This document shows positions 10,205-19,446 of a stretch of 64,000 nt of DNA, piece by piece (the stretch's first letter is position 1; each line of letters begins with the position of its first letter). The translations under genes were made by a program, and so were the position numbers. The notes below the pieces were generated by a model, which saw only the letters and a list, made by a program, of their open reading frames with translations, did no database searches and had not been told where the DNA came from. The stretch covers positions 1,248,001 to 1,312,000 of the forward strand of contig CBDBZU010000004.1 of the NCBI GenBank assembly GCA_965213625.1. Reading direction: 5' to 3'. This DNA is from a bacterium (lineage in GTDB: Bacteria; UBA8248).

Positions 10205-10996
10205 TTGCCGAAAGCGCGCGTGAACGGAATCGACATATATTACATCGAACGAGGCGAGGGAACGCCGCTGCTTGCGGTGCACGGGTTCCAGAACTCGCAT
10301 TTCTCCTTCACGCCGCTCATGGACTGGCTCTCCGAACGCTTCCATGTGTACGCGCTCGATTTGCGCGGCCACGGCGATTCGGACAAGCCGCACGGCCCCT
10401 ACACCATCCAGAACTTCGCCGATGACGTCGTGGGCTTTCTGGACGCCCTCGGCATCGAGCGCACGGATTACCTGGGCCACAGCATGGGCGGGCGCACGGG
10501 CACCATGGTGGGTATTCAGCATTCCGAGCGCCTGTGCCGCCTCATGCTCTCCGCCTCATCCGCAGGCCCGCCTTCGGGCGCGTACCGGCAGATGTTCGAA
10601 GAACACTTGAAGATGGCCGAAACCGAAGGGATGGAGACGCTGCACGAATTCAAGTTGCGGCGGGATGAAGTTCCCGAGGGCCTGCGCGAAGGCCCCCTGG
10701 CAGAGGAGTACAGGGAGAATTTCCTCAAGAACACGCCGCAGACCTTCGCCGATACCGCGAACGCGCTGTTCACGATGCCGGTTTTACGGGACGAGCTGCA
10801 CAAAATCTCCGTCCCCACCTGGGTGTGCCACGGGGAGAACGACGCGGGCCCCATTGATTTCAGCGAGGTGTATGCGAAGCACGTGCCCGATTGCACGACT
10901 TCCATCATCCCCGATGCGGGCCACAGCTCCTTCTGGGATCAGCCCGAAGCCTTCATCGCGCAGATGGAGAAATTCCTGGAGAAAAACCCCCTCTGA
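10205..10996 (+). CDS. Alpha/beta hydrolase
   Basis: HGF oxyanion motif, DLRGHGDS, GHSMGG nucleophile, GEND, DAGH; SD AAGGAG, TTG start. Confidence 0.9.
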   Translation: MPKARVNGIDIYYIERGEGTPLLAVHGFQNSHFSFTPLMDWLSERFHVYALDLRGHGDSDKPHGPYTIQNFADDVVGFLDALGIERTDYLGHSMGGRTGTMVGIQHSERLCRLMLSASSAGPPSGAYRQMFEEHLKMAETEGMETLHEFKLRRDEVPEGLREGPLAEEYRENFLKNTPQTFADTANALFTMPVLRDELHKISVPTWVCHGENDAGPIDFSEVYAKHVPDCTTSIIPDAGHSSFWDQPEAFIAQMEKFLEKNPL

Positions 10997-11060
10997 ATCG
11001 TCTGCTCGGGTTGCGCCGCCGCCGGGAATCTTCGCTATGCCGGGGTGCGGGGGCCGATTC

Positions 11061-11358
11061 GGGGTCGTTGAAAAAGTCCACCTCGCTCGGAATTGGCCAG
11101 CGCCGTCATTCCGGCGAAAGCCGGAATCCATTGTAAAGCAGAATGACAATACGCCGGTTTTTCATCTCCTCGCCATTGACGTAAATCAATCAGAAAATAA
11201 AAAACAAAAGCAAAACAAATGGATTCCGGCTTTCGCCGGAATGACGATCAAAACCACATCGCCTTGTTGGGATAGGTCGCGACCTTTCCTATCGGACCCT
11301 CTCTCCCCGGTAGGCACCATCCGCCGAATCACGTAATCAGGACTTCTTTAACATCCCC
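11061..11358. mobile_element. MITE-like element (298 bp) with IS1182-like ends and 4-bp duplication ATTC
   Basis: Ends GGGGTCGTTGAAAAAGTCC / GGACTTCTTTAACATCCCC (15/19 inverted match); ATTC at 11057-11060 and 11359-11362; empty site forms a GCGGGG...CCCCGC hairpin. Confidence 0.7.
11104..11246. repeat. Inverted pair of palindromic repeats CGTCATTCCGGCGAAAGCCGGAATCCA with AT-rich spacer
   Basis: Unit at 11104-11130 and its reverse complement at 11220-11246. Confidence 0.85.
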
Positions 11359-11442
11359 ATTCTCCCCGCCGGTTCCATCTGTTGACCTGATTGCGGCTCT
11401 CCCGCATTATTCCCAGGGCTTGAGCGAACCTTGAGGAAATCC

Positions 11443-12522
11443 ATGACCACGGCGACGACGGCGTTCTACGAGGCGATTGAAAAGGCGGCGGCGGGCGAGC
11501 GCCTCTCTTATGAGGAAGGCCTCGCCCTGCTCGAAGGCGACGATCTCGTCGCCCTGGGCGCCGCGGCGGACGACGTGCGCGCGCGGCTGCACCCCGAGGG
11601 CTACGCCACCTATTGCGTGGACAGGAACATCAATTACACGAACGTGTGCGACGTCTACTGCACCTTCTGCGCGTTCTACCGTCCACCGGGCGATCACCCC
11701 GAAGCCTACATCCGCACGCGCGATGAGATTCGGCAGAAACTCGAAGAACTCTACGCCGTGGGAGGCCGCCAGATCCTGCTCCAGGGCGGGCACCATCCGG
11801 ACCTCCGAATCGAATGGTACGAGGAGCTCTTCTCCTGGATGAAGGGGGAATTCCCCGATCTCCACCTCCATGGTTTAAGTCCGCCCGAGATTCACCACAT
11901 CGCCCGGCTGGAGGACATGCCGTATGAAGTGGTGCTCACGCGCCTGAATGCTGCGGGCTTGGATTCCGTGCCCGGCGGCGGCGGCGAGATTCTCGTCGAC
12001 CGCGTGCGGGAGAAGATTTCGCGGCTCAAAGTCGATACGGAGGGCTGGCTCGAGGTCATGCGCGTCGCCCACAACCTGGGCATCCGCTCCAGCGCCACGA
12101 TGATGTTCGGCCACGTGGAAACCGATGCCGAGCGGGTCGAACACTTACACCGCCTGCGCGAGCTTCAGGACGAGACGGGCGGCTTCACGGCCTACATCTG
12201 CTGGACGTTCCAGAACGACGGCGCCGCGCCGCTCAAGGCGCAGACGGTGGGCAGCAGCGAATATCTCAGGATGCTGGCCATCAGCCGCCTGTATCTGGAC
12301 AACATCGCGAACTTCCAGTCCTCCTGGGTGACGCAGGGGATGAAGATAGGCGAGATATCCCTGCACTACGGCTGCAACGACATGGGTTCCACCATGCTGG
12401 AGGAAAACGTGGTGAGCGCCGCCGGCACCACCTACGCCCTGAACGAGGACGACCTCCACCGCATGGCGCGAAACGCCGGCTTCACGCCCAGGCGGCGCAA
12501 TTTCTTCTACAAATTGATCTAG
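11443..12522 (+). CDS. mqnC: Cyclic dehypoxanthinyl futalosine synthase (radical SAM)
   Basis: DRNINYTNVCDVYCTFCAF, ILLQGGHHP, SPPEI, PGGGGEIL, QSSWVTQG, GSTMLEENVVSAAG. Confidence 0.92.
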   Translation: MTTATTAFYEAIEKAAAGERLSYEEGLALLEGDDLVALGAAADDVRARLHPEGYATYCVDRNINYTNVCDVYCTFCAFYRPPGDHPEAYIRTRDEIRQKLEELYAVGGRQILLQGGHHPDLRIEWYEELFSWMKGEFPDLHLHGLSPPEIHHIARLEDMPYEVVLTRLNAAGLDSVPGGGGEILVDRVREKISRLKVDTEGWLEVMRVAHNLGIRSSATMMFGHVETDAERVEHLHRLRELQDETGGFTAYICWTFQNDGAAPLKAQTVGSSEYLRMLAISRLYLDNIANFQSSWVTQGMKIGEISLHYGCNDMGSTMLEENVVSAAGTTYALNEDDLHRMARNAGFTPRRRNFFYKLI

Positions 12523-12535
12523 TAACGCCTCTCCC

Positions 12536-13819
12536 GTGACGATGGAATCGCCCCGAACGCCCCAAAAGCAGAAGATGGAGCTCTGGCTGGCGGACCTGGT
12601 CTGTCCGGTGGATGGGCCGCCCATCCGGCGCGGCGCTATCCTGACGTCCTCGGGCCGCGTTCTGGCGGTGGGGGAGGAGGCCTTCGTGCGCCCCGCCGAA
12701 CCCGTGGCCGAGGAGCGCGACTTCGGGCGCGCTATACTGATTCCCGGCCTCGTCAACGCGCACACGCACCTGGAACTCTCGGGCCTCAAGCGAAAGCCCG
12801 GCCCGATGGAGGATTGGATAGTCTCTCTCGTGCGCGAGATGAGGGGCTGGCCCGCGCATCTGTTTCTGGCCTCGGCGCAGATCGGCGCCGCCGCGAGTCT
12901 GGCGGCGGGCGTCACCTGCGTGGGCGACGTTTCGATCTCTGGCGAGAGCGCCACGGCGATAGCGGGCTCAGGGATGCGCGGCGTGGTGTTCCACGAGGTG
13001 CTGGGGCTGGATCCGGCGCGGGCCGATGAGGTTCTGGCGGAAAAAATGAAGGCCTGCGACCTGTTCCCGGAATACAAAGGCCTCATATCGAACGCCGTTA
13101 GGCACGGCCTGAGCCCCCATGCGCCCTATAGCGCCTCGCTCGCTCTTTACCGCGCGGTGCGCGATGAAGCGCAAGCGAGAGGCTGGCCCGTGGCGACGCA
13201 CCTGGGCGAGAGCGCGCACGAGGTCGAATTCTTACAAGACGGCGGCGGCGCGCTCGCGAGAGTCCACCATGAGCTGAACGGTAAGCTTCACGGCTACAAA
13301 CCCTCGGGCCTGCGCCCCGTCGCCCATCTCGACCTCACCGGCGCGCTCGAAGGCTTAACCCTTGCCGTACACGCGAACCAGACCAACGCGGAAGACTGGG
13401 TGCACCTCAGGAAGAACGGGGTGCGTGTTTGCCTTTGCCCGCGCTCGGCGCATTTTTTCGGCCACCCCTTCGCCGATGCGGCGCGCATGCGCGAGGCGGG
13501 CGTGGAACTTTGCCTCGGAACCGACAGCCTGGCGAGCAGCCCCTCCCTCTCGCTTCTGGACGAGGCCTGCGCCCTTCGCGAGGCGGACGTGGAGATAAGC
13601 GATAGCGAACTGCTCGATTTGTGCACGCGCGCGGGCGCCGAGGCGCTCGGCTTCGACAACCTGGGGGTTCTCAAACCCGGCGGCGCGGCGGATTTCTGCG
13701 TCGTCTGTCCGCCTCGCGGCGCGGGTGGTTTGCATCTGGGCGACGTGTTCGATGAGGGTGCGTTCGTCGTCTGCACCGTCACGAACGGGGAAGTCCGCTA
13801 TGAGGCGCCGAGCGGTTGA
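12536..13819 (+). CDS. Metal-dependent amidohydrolase, probable aminodeoxyfutalosine deaminase (start uncertain, 12536-12575)
   Basis: PGLVNAHTHLELS, SPHAPYS, THLGES, LGTDSLAS; directly after mqnC. Confidence 0.75.
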   Translation: MTMESPRTPQKQKMELWLADLVCPVDGPPIRRGAILTSSGRVLAVGEEAFVRPAEPVAEERDFGRAILIPGLVNAHTHLELSGLKRKPGPMEDWIVSLVREMRGWPAHLFLASAQIGAAASLAAGVTCVGDVSISGESATAIAGSGMRGVVFHEVLGLDPARADEVLAEKMKACDLFPEYKGLISNAVRHGLSPHAPYSASLALYRAVRDEAQARGWPVATHLGESAHEVEFLQDGGGALARVHHELNGKLHGYKPSGLRPVAHLDLTGALEGLTLAVHANQTNAEDWVHLRKNGVRVCLCPRSAHFFGHPFADAARMREAGVELCLGTDSLASSPSLSLLDEACALREADVEISDSELLDLCTRAGAEALGFDNLGVLKPGGAADFCVVCPPRGAGGLHLGDVFDEGAFVVCTVTNGEVRYEAPSG

Positions 13820-13953
13820 TGCTGTTTCGCAGCATTCGCGCACGGACGCGGAATGCGCGCCGGCATCCTGTGTGGTATAAACCCGAAAAATTTTGTGCTC
13901 AACGCATCTTTTCACATACGAGCCGAGAGGCCTCTCAGGGAGAATGAGTATCC

Positions 13954-14559
13954 ATGGCGAAAAAATTACCGAATTTCGATAATTCCAACTGGAAGACCCG
14001 CAAGGCCCGCTACGACGTGGCCGAGGCGAGCATCGGCCGCGTCCTGACCGTCCGCATGGCGCCGGGGGACGATCTGTTCGGCACGACGCTCAAGATATGC
14101 CAGGAGAAGAATGTGAAGGCGGGCGTCATCCTGAGCGTGGCGGCGAGCCTGCAGAAGGCGGTGCTCAGAAACGTCTGGCAGTTCCCCGACCCGTTCCCGA
14201 TCAACGACGAGTGCCGCATCTTCACGCCCATAGGCGGCCCGCTCGAACTCCTGCAGATGAGCGGCAACATCACGCAGACCGAGGCGGGCGAGCCCTACCT
14301 CCACGCCCACGTCACCATCTCGATGGGCCGGCCCGAGGCGACGTGCTTCGGCGGCCACCTGGTGGAGGGTTGCACCATTTTCAGCACGTGCGAGATGGTC
14401 ATCGCCGAGTTGGCGGACATCTCCTTCATGCGTCTCATGGACAAGCACACCCGCGTGGGCGAGGTCTTCGGCATCGAGACGAACGGGAAATCGGACGCCG
14501 CGATCAAACAGGCAATGGCGAAGCGCAAGGCGCGCCCCAAGCCCAAGGGCGTGCGGTAG
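13954..14559 (+). CDS. PPC/DUF296 domain protein
   Basis: VRMAPGDDL, ELLQMSGNI, YLHAHVTIS, FGGHLVEG. Confidence 0.85.
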   Translation: MAKKLPNFDNSNWKTRKARYDVAEASIGRVLTVRMAPGDDLFGTTLKICQEKNVKAGVILSVAASLQKAVLRNVWQFPDPFPINDECRIFTPIGGPLELLQMSGNITQTEAGEPYLHAHVTISMGRPEATCFGGHLVEGCTIFSTCEMVIAELADISFMRLMDKHTRVGEVFGIETNGKSDAAIKQAMAKRKARPKPKGVR

Positions 14560-14590
14560 ATTGTAAGAGAATCACTTTGAAGCAAGTTTC

Positions 14591-14627
14591 AAGGGGCCGC
14601 TCCTGCGGGGGCGGCCTCTTTGCTTTT
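14591..14627 (+). terminator. Rho-independent terminator
   Basis: GC hairpin AAGGGGCCGC...GCGGCCTCTT followed by TGCTTTT after the DUF296 gene. Confidence 0.6.
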
Positions 14628-14646
14628 GGAGTGAGCCGCACTGGAG

Positions 14647-14852
14647 GAGGTTGTTGAAAAAGCCTTTGTCGGGGGACATCGCCTCTAGCGGGAAGGCCGC
14701 TTCCGCACGAACCTCCGACTCTCCTCGTCAGAAGCAACCCCCCCTTGTCAGGGGTCAATTCCGACCGAGGAGGGAGGAATTGCAAACCGATGCGTTTCCC
14801 GCCAATGGCTTATGCAAACGCTCGTTCCTCACTCGCGTTTGACCCCTGACAA
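14647..14852. repeat. Repeat mosaic: IS1182-like end GAGGTTGTTGAAAAAG plus an inverted pair of CCCCTTGTCAGGGG hairpins
   Basis: CCCCCCCTTGTCAGGGGTCAA (14738-14758) and TTGACCCCTGACAA (14839-14852); sub-modules recur near 16628 and 20725. Confidence 0.7.
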
Positions 14853-14925
14853 GGGGCTGTTAAAAAACCCCCTGGAAGCGATTTTGAGTTTCGCGGATGC
14901 TTTTGAATTTCACTCCCCCCTTGAG

Positions 14926-16445
14926 GGGCCTGTTGAAAAACCCCCGGTATTATGATTGGGTGTAAGGACACTATCTCGCCCGAGATGGGAGTTCCCTCGA
15001 TGATAGGCAGGAAGAGGCGCGAGCAGATGGATTTGTTCGTGGCCGGTTCGCTGGATCGGCTGATCCCCGAGGATCACGTTCTGTACCGCGTGCATGAGGT
15101 GCTGGATTTGAGTTGGCTTCGGGAGGAGGTGGCGGATTGCTATTGCGCGGACAACGGTCGTCCGGGTATCGACCCGGAGGTGGCGGTTCGCCTGATGCTG
15201 GCGGGTCTTCTGCTGGGCTACGTTCACGACCGTCGCCTGCTTCGTGAAGCGAAGGCGCATCTGGCGATCCGGTGGTTCATCGGATACGGGCTGCACGAGG
15301 AGTTGCCGGACCATTCGAGCCTGACGCGGATTCGTCAGCGTTGGGGGGAGGCTCGGTTCCGGGCGATATTCCGCCGGACGGTGCAGGCGTGCCTGGAGGC
15401 GAATGTGGCGAAGGGGGAGGTGGTTCACGTGGACGCCTCGTTGATACGCGCGGACGTGAGCTGGGATAGTCTGGCGGCGCATCATGCGGAGAAGGTGATT
15501 CGGGAGAACCCCGTGGAGGAGAAGAGCGGGAAGAAGGGCGGAGGCCGCGGCGGCGGGGGACCGGTGAGCCGGACAGACCCCGACGCGCGGCTCGCGCGCA
15601 AGAGCGCGCGGGCGAGGTTCGAGCCGAGCTACAAGCACCACGCGGCGGTGGACGATGAGCGGGGCGTGGTTCTCGACGTGACGGTGACGGAGGGGACGTT
15701 GAACGAGCGTGAGATGATGGCGTCCCATATAGAGGCGGTAAGCGAGTTGTCGGGCCGCGCGCCCTCGGTGGTGACGGCGGATTCGGGGTATGCGTACTCG
15801 AAGGTCTACGCGGCGTTGGAGCCTCTGGGCGTGGCGGGGGTGATACCGGCGAAGAAAGAACCCACGCAGAGCCGTGTTCCGTTGCGGCTGTTCCGCTACG
15901 ACGCGCGCCACGACTTGGTGAAGTGTCCGCGCGGCAAGAAGCTTCGCCCCCGGCGGAGCGAGGAGCGGGGGCGCTACTATGGTTCGAGGACGCGTGATTG
16001 CGCGGGCTGCGCGCTCCGGGCGGATTGTCTGCCGCAGGCGCGGTCGAGCAAGGAGGTTTTGATTCCCAACGCGTATCTGGCGCTGTTGCGCGCGCGCCGG
16101 CGGCATGCGCGTTGGGGGGAGGAGGAGCGCCGGCTGTGGCGCCGGCACATGGGGCGCTCGGAGGGTTATCACGGGGAAGCGAAGAGTTGGCACGGACTGG
16201 GGCGGGCGGTGCGTCGGGGCCTTGCGAACATGAAGATTCAGTCCTACCTGACGGCGACTGCGGTGAACCTCAAGCGGCTGGCCGCCGCTTTTGCGGCGCG
16301 TATATTCGCCCTCTGGAGGGCCTACGCCGCCCGGAGACGCCGTCTGCGCGTTCATCGCGCCCTCGCGCGCTGATTGGGATCCCTCCCCGCCGCCGCGTGA
16401 ACCGCCAGAACACCCGCTTCAAAAAAGGGGTTTTTCAACAGACCC
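14926..16445 (+). mobile_element. IS1182-family insertion sequence, copy 1 (1520 bp), 5-bp duplication TTGAG
   Basis: TIRs GGGCCTGTTGAAAAACCCC / GGGGTTTTTCAACAGACCC; TTGAG at 14921-14925 and 16446-16450. Confidence 0.92.
15000..16373 (+). CDS. IS1182-family DDE transposase
   Basis: LIPEDHVL, GRPGIDP, PDHSSLTRIRQR, VDASLIRA, ADSGY, Cys-rich insertion, SEGYHGEAK; alternative start 14952. Confidence 0.93.
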   Translation: MIGRKRREQMDLFVAGSLDRLIPEDHVLYRVHEVLDLSWLREEVADCYCADNGRPGIDPEVAVRLMLAGLLLGYVHDRRLLREAKAHLAIRWFIGYGLHEELPDHSSLTRIRQRWGEARFRAIFRRTVQACLEANVAKGEVVHVDASLIRADVSWDSLAAHHAEKVIRENPVEEKSGKKGGGRGGGGPVSRTDPDARLARKSARARFEPSYKHHAAVDDERGVVLDVTVTEGTLNEREMMASHIEAVSELSGRAPSVVTADSGYAYSKVYAALEPLGVAGVIPAKKEPTQSRVPLRLFRYDARHDLVKCPRGKKLRPRRSEERGRYYGSRTRDCAGCALRADCLPQARSSKEVLIPNAYLALLRARRRHARWGEEERRLWRRHMGRSEGYHGEAKSWHGLGRAVRRGLANMKIQSYLTATAVNLKRLAAAFAARIFALWRAYAARRRRLRVHRALAR

Positions 16446-16712
16446 TTGAGGGGGAGTCAGTGAACTGAGGGCGCAAGCCCGAAAGTGAACAGGTGGGGGG
16501 TATAATTCGGAATGGCAATAAAACGCATTTTACCCCCCACCGAATCGGCCTTCGCACAAACCGCTCGGCCTCTTCGACTCCCCCTCAAGGGGGGAGTGAA
16601 TTGCTCTCTCGTTAGTTGGAAAAACCTGCAAACGCTCGCTCCTCACTCGCGGTTGACCCTCAAGAGGGGAGTGAAATTCAGCGCTCCTTCTGTAGGCTAT
16701 TTCAGCAACCCT
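16446..16712. repeat. Inverted pair of CTCCCCCCTTGAGGGGGAG hairpin units with spacer, plus degenerate MITE end
   Basis: Hairpins at 14911/16446 and 16577-16598; spacer is the reverse complement of 30225-30349; end GGCTATTTCAGCAACCCT. Confidence 0.8.
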
Positions 16713-16718
16713 GCAACC

Positions 16719-17270
16719 CTACAACCAGCGGCGCACGCTCTGGCAGTATTCGCCGTAATCCTCGCCGAATTTTTCCGTGAGGTAATCCTCCTCGCGCGTG
16801 ATAATCACGGCCTGGATCGTGGCGAGGAGCGGCGCGCCCAGAACGAATATCCACAAGTTGTTGAGGAAAACTCCGAGTCCGAGATACAGGCACATGTAGC
16901 CGAGATAGATAGGATTCCGCGAGAAGCGGTAGGGGCCCTCCGTGATGAGGACGTGCGCGGGCTTGTTCGTCTCATGGTTCGTGCGGGCGTTCCTGTAGCA
17001 GACGAGGGAGGTCGAATTCAGGACGGCGCCGATGAACACCATCCCCGCCCCGAGCGTGAAGCGGACGCCTTCGGGGAAGACGTTCGTGGGGAACAGGGTG
17101 TCGAAGCCCACGCCCATGATGAAGTACATCGCGAAATACCAGCCCGGCTTGATGGGGATTTCGGGGCGGTCCTCAGGCTCCTCCCCCTGGGGTTCGGGGC
17201 TCTTGTCCTTCCAGGGCATGAGCTTGTTCGGGTCGTCGAAATCCGTGAATCGCTTGAACCAGTCTTTCAT
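16719..17270 (-). CDS. Isoprenylcysteine carboxylmethyltransferase / PEMT family membrane protein
   Basis: LITEGPYRFSRNPIYLG, REEDYL..KFGEDY..YC..VRRW. Confidence 0.9.
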   Translation of the reverse strand: MKDWFKRFTDFDDPNKLMPWKDKSPEPQGEEPEDRPEIPIKPGWYFAMYFIMGVGFDTLFPTNVFPEGVRFTLGAGMVFIGAVLNSTSLVCYRNARTNHETNKPAHVLITEGPYRFSRNPIYLGYMCLYLGLGVFLNNLWIFVLGAPLLATIQAVIITREEDYLTEKFGEDYGEYCQSVRRWL

Positions 17271-17281
17271 GCGCTAAGTCT

Positions 17282-17554
17282 CTAGGAGTCGCTCTTGTTG
17301 CGGGAAGCCTTGTAGCGCTGGTTCATGCTCTGGGCGACTCCCGCCATGACGGCGGCGGTCAGGTCGAATGCGGCATCGAGCGTCTCTTCGGTGAGGCCCG
17401 CTTTCCCGGCGTCCGCCAGGCGGCGGTCCACTCACGGCTGGCAGTTGCGCACGATGGCGATGGCCAGACCCATCAGGATTTTCTCGCGGTCGGTGAGCAG
17501 GTCCACTTTATGGGCGTCGCGGTAGAACTGGCGAAAATCGGCGCGCTCCGTCAT
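17282..17554 (-). CDS. Carboxymuconolactone decarboxylase/AhpD-like selenoprotein (90 aa, CxxU, TGA at 17432-17434)
   Basis: Hand translation MTERADFRQFYRDAHKVDLLTDREKILMGLAIAIVRNCQP-U-VDRRLADAGKAGLTEETLDAAFDLTAAVMAGVAQSMNQRYKASRNKSDS; SD AGGAG; hairpin 3' of the UGA; absent from the ORF track. Confidence 0.8.
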
Positions 17555-17665
17555 TTTTTCTCCTCTCGGGTGGCGAACGGTGGAATCGGTGGATTATAAG
17601 GGGGCGTATGCGCATTCTCAATCATTCGCGGGCTTCTGGCGCCTTTCATAATAAAGGATGAACAA

Positions 17666-18451
17666 ATGGATTTGGGACTTCACGGAAAAGCCGCCATCGT
17701 AACCGGCGGAAACTCTGGCCTCGGTCTCGCGGTCGCCAGGGAACTCGCGGGGGAAGGCTGCGACGTGTGCATCTGTGCGCGGAATGAGGAGCGTCTGGCG
17801 GCGGCCAAGCAGGAGATCCAGTCGGTCTCGGAAGGTGTGGTGAGCGCGGTGCGCTGCGACGTGAGCAAGGCGGAAGAAATCGCCGCCGTGGTGGAGGAGA
17901 CGGTCGCCCTTTTCGGCACCGTGCACATTCTCGTGAGCAACGCGGGCGTGAGCACCACCAAGGATTTCCTGGACGTGGAGCGCGCGGACTGGGATTACTC
18001 CATGAGCAGCATTCTCTTCGCGGCTTCGGAGTTCAGCCGCCTGGTGATCCCCTACATGCAGAAGCAGGAGTGGGGCCGCATCATCATGACGGGCTCCACG
18101 AGCAGCCGCCAGCCCCGGCCCCGCCGCGTGGTCTCGAACGCCTCCAAGGCGGCGCTCTTGAACTTCACGAAATCACTCGCGGGCGAATTTGTGCGCGACG
18201 GCATACTGGTGAACATCGTGAACCCGGGGCGCTTCAACACCCACTGGCCCGAGCGCGTCGCGAAGATGGCGGCGGAGAGCGGACGGACCGAAGAGGAAGT
18301 CTACGCCGAGATAACGAAGGACATCGCCATCGGCCGCCTGGGCGAGGCGGAGGAGTTCGCGGCGGCGGTGGCCTTCCTCGCCAGCGAGCGGGCGAGCTAC
18401 ATCACGGGTGCCGCGCTCCAGGTCGACGGGGGCGAGATGTTTTCGATCTGA
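17666..18451 (+). CDS. Short-chain dehydrogenase/reductase
   Basis: TGGNSGLG, VSNAG, SNASKAA (Ser in place of the YxxxK Tyr), FLASERASYITG, VDGG. Confidence 0.92.
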   Translation: MDLGLHGKAAIVTGGNSGLGLAVARELAGEGCDVCICARNEERLAAAKQEIQSVSEGVVSAVRCDVSKAEEIAAVVEETVALFGTVHILVSNAGVSTTKDFLDVERADWDYSMSSILFAASEFSRLVIPYMQKQEWGRIIMTGSTSSRQPRPRRVVSNASKAALLNFTKSLAGEFVRDGILVNIVNPGRFNTHWPERVAKMAAESGRTEEEVYAEITKDIAIGRLGEAEEFAAAVAFLASERASYITGAALQVDGGEMFSI

Positions 18452-18452
18452 T

Positions 18453-18684
18453 GGCTCGTGGATAAGATGTGGACAAGGTGTGAATTGATGACTCCCTCCA
18501 GGAAAAGCCAATCCACTCCCCCCTTGAGAGTTCTTGCTGTCCGACGAGAGAGCAATTCACTCCCCCCTTGAGGGGGAGTCGAAGAGATAAGGGCGCAAGC
18601 CCGCAAGCGAGTCGGTGGGGGGAGTGAACTTCAAAGGCGTTCGCGCAATGCAAATTCGCTTGCCGGAGGTTTTTCAACAACCCT
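18453..18684. repeat. MITE arm in reverse orientation with CTCCCCCCTTGAGGGGGAG hairpins
   Basis: Reverse complement matches 14853-14920 and 30126-30190, and the downstream GAATTGCTCTCTCG flank at 16598-16611. Confidence 0.75.
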
Positions 18685-18766
18685 GACAAGGAGGGGGTAG
18701 GGGGGTGCTTTCAAAAGGCTAGGGCGAAACCCGCCGCCGCCCTCATTCCGAGCAAGCATCTCGAAT

Positions 18767-18879
18767 CCTCATCCTGAGTAGGCGCGCAAGCGCCGTATCG
18801 AAGGATGGGGGCACATCTCTCCGGCGCGGCAGTAAACTTCGCCCTTCGATACGCGGCTTCGCCGCTACTCAGGGTGAGG
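18767..18879. repeat. Inverted pair of CCTCATCCTGAGTAG...GTATCGAAGG palindromic repeats
   Basis: Units at 18767-18806 and 18841-18879; third unit at 22552-22589. Confidence 0.8.
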
Positions 18880-18940
18880 CGGAGTGGCGGTCTACCCGAC
18901 CAAAAGATGAGGAGACCTCGCCGGGGAAGTTTGAGATTCG

Positions 18941-19315
18941 TTACGTCAACGCCGCGGCGAACTGAAACCCCGCCCAGACGGCGAGTAGACACCCTATAAC
19001 CGAGAGCGCCACGTAGAGTCCCGCCAGGAGCCAGTCGCCCTCCTGGAACATGAGGAGGGTTTCGAGGCTGAAGGCGGAGAACGTGGTGAACCCGCCCAGC
19101 AGTCCGATCATCGTGAACAGGCGGACTTCTTCGCTGAACAATTCCTTGGCGACGAGCAACTCGTAGGTGCACCCGATGACGAACGAGCCGAAAATGTTGG
19201 CCGCCAGGGTGCCGAAGGGCCAGCCTGCGCCCAGCGATCGTTGCACGAAGAGCGCCAGTCCGTAGCGCAGCGCGCTGCCGATTGCGCCGCCTCCCGCCAC
19301 CAAAAGCCAGTTCAA
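18941..19315 (-). CDS. crcB: Fluoride efflux channel
   Basis: GGAIGSALRY, WPFGTLAANIFGSF, GLLGGFTTFSAFSLE; SD AAGGAG before TTG. Confidence 0.93.
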   Translation of the reverse strand: MNWLLVAGGGAIGSALRYGLALFVQRSLGAGWPFGTLAANIFGSFVIGCTYELLVAKELFSEEVRLFTMIGLLGGFTTFSAFSLETLLMFQEGDWLLAGLYVALSVIGCLLAVWAGFQFAAALT

Positions 19316-19446
19316 CAGAAGCTCCTTTCCGCCGGGTTGAATCTGCACCACCAAAGTCTCCCGAAAAATGACACCATTGCGCATACGGCGCAAGAGTTTC
19401 TCCGTCCCCGCTTTTCGGGTGCGCGCTCGTTCTCTAAAATGAACGT

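Larger units (their letters stand above)
14853..18684. mobile_element. Putative composite element: two inverted MITE arms bracketing IS1182 copy 1, a methyltransferase, a CMD selenoprotein and an SDR; 5-bp duplication GACAA
   Basis: GACAA at 14848-14852 and 18685-18689; ends GGGGCTGTTAAAAAACC / GGTTTTTCAACAACCCT; the ~70 bp inside each end are homologous in inverted orientation. Confidence 0.6.

Noticed and set aside
14910-16355. Long antisense ORFs across the transposases (also 21176-22468, 57178-58701) and other genes such as 913-2337, 6662-7870 and 19312-20739
   Set aside because: Shadow frames expected in high-GC coding DNA; no recognisable motifs.
16512-16718. Short ORFs made of repeat-derived peptides (LRLPLKGGVN; also near 18400-18690 and 30281-30556)
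   Set aside because: These are translations of the hairpin repeats, not genes.
19316-19446. Possible fluoride riboswitch upstream of crcB (GCAATGGTGTC on the minus strand)
   Set aside because: Only a partial match to the 5' motif; I could not find the closing stem or the downstream pseudoknot segment.
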